From the NCBI GenBank assembly GCA_947630685.1, contig CANRII010000001.1, positions 199-64,198 of the forward strand: DNA of 64,000 bases, given 5' to 3'. The notes below the pieces were generated by a model. The model had not been told where the DNA came from, ran no database searches, and was given only the letters and a program-made list of their open reading frames with translations. How positions within the stretch are numbered: position 1 is the stretch's first letter; each line of letters starts with the position of its first letter. A program made the translations under genes and the position numbers. Source of the DNA: an uncultured Ruminiclostridium sp. (lineage in GTDB: Bacteria; Bacillota; Clostridia; Oscillospirales; Ruminococcaceae). Below are positions 17,924-25,117 of this stretch, in pieces.

Positions 17924-18286
17924 TTAATCCTTCTTAGTCATAGATGATACGGCTGCGCTCGTGGAAACTTGTGCTAAAGACTTTGTAAAGTCCGCGAAGC
18001 CCTCGAAATATTCGGGTATGTCCTTTGTGAAGAAGTCCTTTACATCCTCTGTAAAGAATTTATCTATAGACTTGAAAACGTCGGTGAGCCAGCTGCCGCC
18101 GGAAACGCCCTCAAGCTCATCGTCGGAAAGCTCGCCCTCAGCGTGCATGGAATCAAATAATTTCTGCGCGTTTTCCGGACTTAACTCCGCGTCGTACACC
18201 TTAGCAAACTCTATCAGCTCCTCCGGGGACTTCGCACTCATTAACTGAGCCTGAAATTCTTCCTTAGTGAATACTTGCTCTTCCAT
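17924..18286 (-). CDS. Nif11-like leader precursor P15
   Basis: LSDDELEGVSGG; core SWLTDVFKSIDKFFTEDVKDFFTKDIPEYF... Confidence 0.88.
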   Translation of the reverse strand: MEEQVFTKEEFQAQLMSAKSPEELIEFAKVYDAELSPENAQKLFDSMHAEGELSDDELEGVSGGSWLTDVFKSIDKFFTEDVKDFFTKDIPEYFEGFADFTKSLAQVSTSAAVSSMTKKD

Positions 18287-18328
18287 GGTGATTATCCTCC
18301 TTTATCGACCGTAAATTGGGGTCGTTTT

Positions 18329-18691
18329 TTACATTAAGCCTAAACCTTTTGCCGCCTCGCCCACTATGACTTTAGCGGTAGTTTCATACGCATCCGGTAA
18401 TGTTTCGGTAAAGAATTTGGGTACGTCCTTTGTGAAGAAGTCCTTTACATCCTCTGTAAAGAATTTATCTATAGACTTAAAAGCGTCGGTGAGCCAGCAG
18501 CCGCCGGAAACGCCCTCAAGCTGATCGTCGGAAAGCTCGCCCTCGACGTGCATAGAATCAAACAATTTCTGCGCGTTTTCCGGACTTAACTCCGCGTCGT
18601 ACACCTTAGCAAACTCTATCAGCTCCTCCGGGGACTTCGCACTCATTAACTGAGCCTGAAATTCTTCCTTAGTGAATACTTGCTCTTCCAT
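18329..18691 (-). CDS. Nif11-like leader precursor P16
   Basis: Core CWLTDAFKSIDKFFTEDVKDFFTKDVPKFFTETLPDA... Confidence 0.88.
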   Translation of the reverse strand: MEEQVFTKEEFQAQLMSAKSPEELIEFAKVYDAELSPENAQKLFDSMHVEGELSDDQLEGVSGGCWLTDAFKSIDKFFTEDVKDFFTKDVPKFFTETLPDAYETTAKVIVGEAAKGLGLM

Positions 18692-18733
18692 GGTGATTAT
18701 CCTCCTTTATCGACCGTAAATTGGGGTCGTTTT

Positions 18734-19099
18734 TTACATTAAGCCTAAACCTTTTGCCGCCTCGCCCACTATGACTTTAGCGGTAGTTTCATACGCATCC
18801 GGTAATGTTTCGGTAAAGAATTCGGGTACGTCCTTTGTGAAGAAGTCCTTTACATCTTTGGTAAAGAATTTATCTATAGACTTAAAAGCGTCGGTGAGCC
18901 AGCAGCCGCCGGACACGCCCTCAAGCTGATCGTCGGAAAGCTCTCCCTCGACGTGCATGGAATCAAACAATTTCTGCGCGTTTTCCGGGCTTAACTCCGC
19001 GTCGTACACCTTAGCGAACTCTATCAGCTCCTCCGGGGATTTTGCGCTCATTAACTTCTCCTGAAATTCTTCCCTGGTGAGTGTTCTTGCCTCTTCCAT
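18734..19099 (-). CDS. Nif11-like leader precursor P17
   Basis: Near-duplicate of P16 (2 core substitutions). Confidence 0.88.
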   Translation of the reverse strand: MEEARTLTREEFQEKLMSAKSPEELIEFAKVYDAELSPENAQKLFDSMHVEGELSDDQLEGVSGGCWLTDAFKSIDKFFTKDVKDFFTKDVPEFFTETLPDAYETTAKVIVGEAAKGLGLM

Positions 19100-19153
19100 G
19101 TGATTATCCTCCTTTATAGACCGTAAATTTTTATGGGGCGTTTTTGCCCAAAA

Positions 19154-19441
19154 TTATTCAAAAACGTGTCCGCAGAACTTACATACATAATGATACGCCT
19201 TTGTAGGAAAGCCCTTTGGTACAAGCCGGGAATCGGTCACCTGCTCTATCTCAATATCATATTTGCCGCAATACATACATCTTGACGGCTTTTCGGGAAT
19301 AGCGCTGAGCGGCGTGCTTGAATCAGAACCGTATATTACTTTTCCGAACGGCGTTTGCATTTCAAACCACATACCGCTGCCGCCCGACACCGTTTCAAGC
19401 TCTTCGTCGGAAAGCTCGTTCCTCTTTTCCTCTTTGCTCAT
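19154..19441 (-). CDS. Short-leader double-glycine precursor P18 (CxxC..CxxC core)
   Basis: 21-aa leader ending LSDEELETVSGG; core contains CMYC-28aa-CKFC. Confidence 0.82.
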   Translation of the reverse strand: MSKEEKRNELSDEELETVSGGSGMWFEMQTPFGKVIYGSDSSTPLSAIPEKPSRCMYCGKYDIEIEQVTDSRLVPKGFPTKAYHYVCKFCGHVFE

Positions 19442-19456
19442 AATTATCCCTTTCTA

Positions 19457-19846
19457 TTATGATTTTACAAGCTTGCCGCAGTGTTTGCACCTGATCTTTT
19501 GGACGCCGAATTGCCATTCTATCGTAAAGCCTTCGCGTGAACCGCACCACTGGCAATCAGCGCCGTAGAAAATATCTTTGAATTTGTCGCTTATTGCATC
19601 ACCTAATGATTCAAACGTTTCTTTCACGCTTTTTAAAAAGCTGCTTAAGCTTCCTCCCGCTACGCTTTCAAGCTCATCGTCGGAAAGCTCTCCCTCGGCG
19701 TGCAGAGCATCAAACAATTTCTGCGCGTCTTCCGGGCTCAGTTCGAGGTTGCATTCATTAGCGAACGCTATCAGATCCTCCGGAGACTTTGCTTTCTTTA
19801 ACAGCTCCTTTATTTCTTCATCGGTGATTTTTTTCGCTTCTTCCAT
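19457..19846 (-). CDS. Nif11-like leader precursor P19 (helix plus CxxC..CxxC core)
   Basis: Core SLSSFLKSVKETF...CQWC-18aa-CKHC. Confidence 0.88.
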   Translation of the reverse strand: MEEAKKITDEEIKELLKKAKSPEDLIAFANECNLELSPEDAQKLFDALHAEGELSDDELESVAGGSLSSFLKSVKETFESLGDAISDKFKDIFYGADCQWCGSREGFTIEWQFGVQKIRCKHCGKLVKS

Positions 19847-19946
19847 AGTAAATTATCCTCCTTTATCGACCGTAAATTTTTTGGGGTCGTTTTTGCTTGT
19901 TTTTTTGCCGTATCGGCGAAATTAAACCACTATCTGCCCGTAAATC

Positions 19947-20309
19947 TCAGTTTTTCTTGGTCTTTATCACATACTGGCAGTTGCCGCAAATGGTTTTTAT
20001 AACTCCCTTGTCGCTCTGCTGGTAGCTCTTGCGCGAACCGCACCTCGGGCAATCCGCACCTACAAACAGATCAGCTATTTTGTCGCCGAGATTCTTAAAG
20101 AAGTCTGTAAAAGCGTTTCCGCCCGCAACATCCTCAAGCTGCTCGTCGGCAAGCTCGCCCTCAGAATGAAGTGCGGCGAACATGGCCTTAGCGTCCTGCT
20201 CGCTTATGGTCACTCCGTTGCCATCCGCGATAGCGATAAGCTCGTCGGGAGACTTTGCCGCCTTGATCTTAGCAAGTATCTCCTCGTTGGTTATTGTTTT
20301 CTCTTCCAT
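19947..20309 (-). CDS. Nif11-like leader precursor P20 (helix plus CxxC..CxxC core)
   Basis: Core NAFTDFFKNLGDKIADLF...CPRC-17aa-CGNC. Confidence 0.88.
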   Translation of the reverse strand: MEEKTITNEEILAKIKAAKSPDELIAIADGNGVTISEQDAKAMFAALHSEGELADEQLEDVAGGNAFTDFFKNLGDKIADLFVGADCPRCGSRKSYQQSDKGVIKTICGNCQYVIKTKKN

Positions 20310-20364
20310 GTTTTTCCTCCTTTATAATATTTAACTGTTTATTTTTAATGCTTGAAACAGCATT

Positions 20365-20799
20365 TTAATGTAACCACGTATAGCCGCAGTTGCAGCATTT
20401 ATAGTTATACTGACCGCCCGCCTGGGCAGATACGCCAAGCTCTTCTTTAGTGTTTATTGAGCCGCAGCTGGGGCATTTTACATATTTTAGCAGCCTGTCT
20501 ATACCCTCGCCCGCTAGCTTAAACGCTTCCGGCACATCTTTCGTGAATACTTTTTCTACGGCTTTAGCCGCTTTTTTTATTCCCTCTCCTATGTCGCAGA
20601 AGATGCATCCGCCCGAAACCTCAGCAAGCTCATCGTCGGAAAGCTCGCCCATAGCCATCGCGCTTTCATACATCTTCTTTGCGGTCTCCTCACTTACGGT
20701 AACGCCGTTTTCTTTAGCAAGCGCCATTACCCCCTCGGGAGAACCCGCCTCTCTGAATTTTGCAAACAGTTCTTCTTGGCTTATAGTTTTTTCTTCCAT
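20365..20799 (-). CDS. Nif11-like leader precursor P21 (helix plus CxxC..CxxC core)
   Basis: Core CIFCDIGEGIKK...CPSC-22aa-CCNC (80 aa). Confidence 0.88.
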   Translation of the reverse strand: MEEKTISQEELFAKFREAGSPEGVMALAKENGVTVSEETAKKMYESAMAMGELSDDELAEVSGGCIFCDIGEGIKKAAKAVEKVFTKDVPEAFKLAGEGIDRLLKYVKCPSCGSINTKEELGVSAQAGGQYNYKCCNCGYTWLH

Positions 20800-20824
20800 A
20801 TCAATACCTCCTTATGGAAATTAA

Positions 20825-22093
20825 TTACATCTTTAAGTTAGGACAAACAAGCGGCTCTTCGTCGTCCGCGGTCGCCTGTATGCCTACCTGTCTTAACTGC
20901 TCCGCAAAGCCGTCCGACAATGCGTTTCCCGCAAATTCCTGTAAAAACGTAATGCAGAAGTTGCCGCCCACGGCGTTTACTTCAAATAATACATGGCTCG
21001 CGGCAGGGTCTACATAGGTAAATATCGACTTTATATAAGGCTCTAACGCTCCGAGCCGCTGTATATGCACATAGCTTACCGTGAGGTCTACGAACACCTT
21101 GTTCATCTGCGACGATTTTTGAAACGCCTCATGCACCGCGTCGTAATCGCCGAGCGCTAATATCTTTTGTTCCTTTTGCAATCGGTTCTTCACCGCGTTC
21201 AGCATATATTCCTGTGAGGACTGGTGATCCATCATCTGACGGGTAACGCCGCACAGCTTATCCATCGGCATATTTCTCATCTGCTCGGTATAATTCAGCA
21301 CGATATTGCCCAGCACGTTGTTATGCGCTTTCGGAGCTTTTACCGCGTCGCGGTAGTTTTTCATAAGTATCGTTCTGAACGGGTGATTAAGCTTTTCGCA
21401 AAGGTCGAATACCGTTTTCGCCAAGAGATTGGACATCACTATCGCGGGAGTGCCGCCGTTTGCCTTGACGTACTCCATGAATTCGTCCTCCGGCACCGAC
21501 ATTCTGCGCGCCGTTTTACAAACGGGACAGCCGGGAAGTATCTCCTCCCATTGCACGGCGGGCTCGACAGCCTGCGGATTGTGCTTAGGAGCTTCTTCCT
21601 TTGCGGGCTCTATATCAAGATACGGGTCTTTTCGTTCCTCCTCGGTGACAGGATCGTCTAATGTTCTGATACCGTCCGCGGGAAAGCTCTTTTTATATTT
21701 TTCGGTTATGTAGTAATACAGCGTAGTTTTGATAAACTCCAGTATACCCGTTTCGTCGGTTATAGAATGTACTATATCAAAATATACCGTGCTGCCCTCA
21801 TAATTTACCGCAAGCGCGTGCTCGTTCGACTGCTCCGACAGCAGCAGTACCGGAGTTATCCCCTCGGTTATAACTATCTGCTTATCGTTAGGCAGTACCG
21901 AATGTAAAAGCTCGCCCTCTTCGCGGACAAATTTTACCGAATAGTAATCGTAACGCTTTATCGCAATATCCACCGCCTTGCGCAAAGCGGCGGGGTCTAT
22001 ATTTTCGTTAAGCTCCACCGCGGTTCTTACGGTGTGCTGTACGTTTTCGTCGGAACGGTAAAATCCCGATATCCCCGACGGATTGTTCTTCAT
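20825..22093 (-). CDS. CoA-dependent acyltransferase, condensation/CAT fold (alcohol acetyltransferase-like)
   Basis: IDPAALRKAVDIAIKRY N-terminal motif, HSITDETG (HxxxD catalytic motif), FIKTTLYYY, 422 aa. These resemble the clostridial AATase/condensation family. Confidence 0.7.
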   Translation of the reverse strand: MKNNPSGISGFYRSDENVQHTVRTAVELNENIDPAALRKAVDIAIKRYDYYSVKFVREEGELLHSVLPNDKQIVITEGITPVLLLSEQSNEHALAVNYEGSTVYFDIVHSITDETGILEFIKTTLYYYITEKYKKSFPADGIRTLDDPVTEEERKDPYLDIEPAKEEAPKHNPQAVEPAVQWEEILPGCPVCKTARRMSVPEDEFMEYVKANGGTPAIVMSNLLAKTVFDLCEKLNHPFRTILMKNYRDAVKAPKAHNNVLGNIVLNYTEQMRNMPMDKLCGVTRQMMDHQSSQEYMLNAVKNRLQKEQKILALGDYDAVHEAFQKSSQMNKVFVDLTVSYVHIQRLGALEPYIKSIFTYVDPAASHVLFEVNAVGGNFCITFLQEFAGNALSDGFAEQLRQVGIQATADDEEPLVCPNLKM

Positions 22094-22136
22094 CTGTTGT
22101 TCCTCCCTTTTGTTCAGGCGTTTATTTATATATCTC

Positions 22137-22628
22137 TTAGTCGGTATATCCCGCTTCTTCTAAAAAACGCCTTAGCTTTTTTAATGCGCTGTACTGTAAA
22201 AATCTCACGTTGGAATAGCTTACGCCGACGCGCTCCGCCGTTTCCTTTGAGGAAAGTCCGTGATAAAATCTAAGCACTATTATCTTTCGTTCTCTGTCCG
22301 GCAATTGTTCTAACGCTAACGCTAAGGATTCAAGGTTCTCGTTTGTAAGTATCCTGTCGTCCTGAGCCGGTATAAGCTCGATATCTTCGGCTGTAGGCTC
22401 GCGGGAGAGCTTTCTGTAATAATCGTTTACCGCGTTTCTCGTTATCGCGTACAGCCATGTGCCTATCGCGCCGCGCGACGGGTCGTAGCTTTCAAGAGCG
22501 GAAATGGCGTTCAAAAACACCTGATGCACTATATCGGCTCTGTCATGCTCGTTTTGCACATGGGAGCATATATATCTTTCTACCTTTTCGCGGTAACCGT
22601 TATACAGCTCTTCGGGGGTGATGGTCAT
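22137..22628 (-). CDS. ECF-subfamily RNA polymerase sigma factor
   Basis: Region 2 DIVHQVFL...YDPSRGAIGTWLYAITRN; region 4 LPDRERKIIVLRFYHGLSSKETAERVG. Confidence 0.92.
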   Translation of the reverse strand: MTITPEELYNGYREKVERYICSHVQNEHDRADIVHQVFLNAISALESYDPSRGAIGTWLYAITRNAVNDYYRKLSREPTAEDIELIPAQDDRILTNENLESLALALEQLPDRERKIIVLRFYHGLSSKETAERVGVSYSNVRFLQYSALKKLRRFLEEAGYTD

Positions 22629-22813
22629 GGCTTTTCATCGCCTCCCGTTTCGGCGCGCCACGTTTCATTCTCTCCCGCGGCGTTAAGCTCAAGGTCGCTG
22701 TCGTCCAGAGGTACGCCCATGTCCTCCGTGCGCACTATCCTTTCAAGGCGTTCGTTCTTTTGGAACTTTTGAAAATCGAACAATGCGCGCAGCAGTTTTT
22801 CGCTCTTATCCAT
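22625..22813 (-). CDS. Small protein with double-glycine-leader-like motif, translationally coupled to the ECF sigma
   Basis: 62 aa, GGAGG RBS, LFDFQKFQKNERL and LDDSDLELNAAG; ATGA overlap with the sigma start. Confidence 0.75.
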   Translation of the reverse strand: MDKSEKLLRALFDFQKFQKNERLERIVRTEDMGVPLDDSDLELNAAGENETWRAETGGDEKP

Positions 22814-22850
22814 AGATCCCTCCTGCCCGAATATTTGCTTTCATATATTG

Positions 22851-22877
22851 ATACGTTGAGCGGTAGTGTTTTGTTAG
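22851..22877 (-). promoter_or_regulatory. Possible ECF-type promoter upstream of the small ORF-sigma operon
   Basis: Minus strand ctAACa...CGTAt with 17 nt between AAC and CGT, matching the general ECF AAC/CGT pattern. The motif is short and weak. Confidence 0.35.
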
Positions 22878-22897
22878 ATTATTTTTGAAAAATTTTT

Positions 22898-25105
22898 TCA
22901 GCTGTTTACCGGCTCTTTGTCGTCAAGGCGCTGACGCGCTACCAGCTCGGCAAATTTTCCGTTTAAGGCTATAAGCTCGTCGTAAGTGCCCTCCTCGGCG
23001 ATCTTGCCCTTTTCAAGATATATTATCCTGTCGCATTGCTTTATGGTGGAAAGCCTGTGCGCTATCACTATCCTTGTGCATTTAAGGCTGTTCAGCGAAT
23101 CGGAAACGGTCTTTTGCGTGATGTTGTCCAGCGCGCTGGTCGCCTCGTCGAACATAAGTATCTTAGGCCTCGGCGCTATCGCTCTGGCTATCATAAGGCG
23201 CTGACGCTGACCGCCGGAAACGCCGCCGCTGCCCTCGGAGATGATAGTGTTCATTCCCATAGGCATTCTGCGTATGTCCTCCGCTATGCCGGAAAGCTCC
23301 GCCGCCTCCCACGCTTCGTCCATGGTGAGCCACGGCGCGGAAATGGTGATGTTAGAGAATATATCCCCCTGGAACAGCTTGCCGTTTTGCATTACCGTGC
23401 CTATACTGCGGCGCAATGATTTAAGGTCAAGGCTGGAAATATCCTTGCCGTCGTAGTATACCGAGCCTTTCTGCGGAGTTTCAAAGCCCAGCATTACTCT
23501 CATAAGCGTGGATTTACCGCAGCCAGTAGTGCCTACTATCGCGACATACTGACCCGGCCGTATCTTAAGCGACAGATCGTCAAGGACGTTGGGCATGCTG
23601 TCGCTGTAGCGGAACGAAATGTTGTTCAGCTCTATCCCGCCGGAAAGCCTTGTCACTACTTCCTTGCCCTCGGATATTTCGGGTGTAGCGTCAAGTATCG
23701 GCTTTGCCATATCCAATACCGGCTTGATATTCGCCGCGGTGAGCGCTATCCCCGCAAGGGACATGAACGCGCCGGACACCATGCCGTACGCGGTATTGAA
23801 CGCGTAGTAATCCGCTACCGACACGTTGCTTACCACCGCGAGATAATACATAACGAATGTTCCCGCAAGGCTTATAATAGTGGTAAATACCGAGTTGTAT
23901 CTTATTAAAGTCGGCGGGTCGTACAGCAGCTTAGCCTCTTTTGAGTACAGGCTGCCCCATTTGGCGAACGCGCGCCGCTCCGCACCGGACAGCTTTATCT
24001 TCTGGACGCCGGTTATCAGCGCATAATCAAGACCGCTGACCTTAGCGCCGTGCTCCATCTGCTGCTTTGATATTTTCATCTGAGCCAATGCGCTTATCAC
24101 CGAAAACAGCACCGTAACGATTATTATTATCAGCGCGGGAACCACCAGCGTCGGCGCAAACGCGAATATCTGCGCTATATACACCAGCGAGAACACCGAG
24201 GTAAGACCGGTAGAAAGCACCGTATCCACCAGCATGGAGCATATCATATTTATGTACTGCGTTCTTACCGACAGCTCGCCGGAGCTGTATTTTTTGAAAA
24301 ACGACGCGGGTAGTGACATGACGCGCGCCATGGTCGCCGCCTGCACGGTAACGTCCATTTTCGTGCGTATCCTCGCCATAATAAGCGATTTTATCGTGCT
24401 TATCATCAGTGTGGATATTGACAGGCATATCATAAACACCGCTATAGACATAAGCAGCGTAAGATCCTTGTTATCCACTACCAGACCGAAAAGCAGCTGA
24501 TTGAGCTTAGGCGTCAGCATACCTACAACGGTAGCGGCCAGCGTCACCGTTGCCGCTATCAGATAATCCGATACCGATAAGATACCGGCTATGTATTTTA
24601 GCAGGCTGCCTATACTTAACTTCTTTAGCGGGAACGGCTTGTAAAAGGCGACAGCGTCCTCCTCAAACAGCCCCTCGTTCTTTTTGGATATCTTGACGGT
24701 CTTACCGGTCGTGCGGTCGTAGTATGAATACCCCGACATACCGCTGGGTATCAATGCGGCAACGCTGCCGTCCGACTTCATCACCGCGAGCATAGCTCCG
24801 AACGCGTCCTTATACCACCCTTTTTCAAGGGTGACGTTTCTGCGCATGATACCGTGCGGCCGCATGAGATATTCAAGCTGCTCGTTGGTATCCTTTATCG
24901 TATCCGGTACGTCTTTTGATCTCGTTTTGATATGATAATAGCTTAGTATCTCGTCGATAGCGTCCTTAGCGCGGCTCTTATCGTCGGCGAACGCGTCGGA
25001 TATATGCGTTCCGGTCACCGCGTCGGATATGCTTATAAACGCCTCCTCGAAGGTGCTGAGGTCTTTTTCCTTTCGCTGTTTTATCTGTTCATCGAACCAA
25101 CCCAT
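22898..25105 (-). CDS. NHLM/NHLP bacteriocin export ABC transporter, permease/ATPase subunit (TIGR03797-like)
   Basis: Degenerate peptidase-like N-domain without catalytic Cys, ABC membrane domain, GTTGCGKS Walker A, VSGGQRQR, FDEATSALD. Confidence 0.9.
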   Translation of the reverse strand: MGWFDEQIKQRKEKDLSTFEEAFISISDAVTGTHISDAFADDKSRAKDAIDEILSYYHIKTRSKDVPDTIKDTNEQLEYLMRPHGIMRRNVTLEKGWYKDAFGAMLAVMKSDGSVAALIPSGMSGYSYYDRTTGKTVKISKKNEGLFEEDAVAFYKPFPLKKLSIGSLLKYIAGILSVSDYLIAATVTLAATVVGMLTPKLNQLLFGLVVDNKDLTLLMSIAVFMICLSISTLMISTIKSLIMARIRTKMDVTVQAATMARVMSLPASFFKKYSSGELSVRTQYINMICSMLVDTVLSTGLTSVFSLVYIAQIFAFAPTLVVPALIIIIVTVLFSVISALAQMKISKQQMEHGAKVSGLDYALITGVQKIKLSGAERRAFAKWGSLYSKEAKLLYDPPTLIRYNSVFTTIISLAGTFVMYYLAVVSNVSVADYYAFNTAYGMVSGAFMSLAGIALTAANIKPVLDMAKPILDATPEISEGKEVVTRLSGGIELNNISFRYSDSMPNVLDDLSLKIRPGQYVAIVGTTGCGKSTLMRVMLGFETPQKGSVYYDGKDISSLDLKSLRRSIGTVMQNGKLFQGDIFSNITISAPWLTMDEAWEAAELSGIAEDIRRMPMGMNTIISEGSGGVSGGQRQRLMIARAIAPRPKILMFDEATSALDNITQKTVSDSLNSLKCTRIVIAHRLSTIKQCDRIIYLEKGKIAEEGTYDELIALNGKFAELVARQRLDDKEPVNS

Positions 25106-25117
25106 ACAAACACCCCC

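Larger units (their letters stand above)
17924..19099. repeat. Three tandem units with 405-nt period (P15, P16, P17)
   Basis: Gene ends at 17924, 18329 and 18734; the P15 and P16 leaders and spacers are nearly identical. Confidence 0.85.

Noticed and set aside
14086-20799. CRISPR array or integron cassette array
   Set aside because: The repeats are protein-coding leaders of 60-190 nt with RBSs and open frames. There are no constant 25-45-nt repeats with unique spacers, no cas genes, no attC-like core sites and no integrase.
14086-20799. Diversity-generating retroelement
   Set aside because: No reverse transcriptase in the window, and differences between paralogues are not adenine-restricted; duplication and recombination explain them.
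14086-20799. Nitrogen-fixation role because of the Nif11 name
   Set aside because: No nif genes are present; the domain acts here as a leader ending in GG next to a C39 exporter.
14063-20824. Plus-strand ORFs across the array (e.g. 14263..14679, 16862..17308, 19578..19925)
   Set aside because: Ser-rich antisense shadows of the acidic leaders, with no RBS or motifs.
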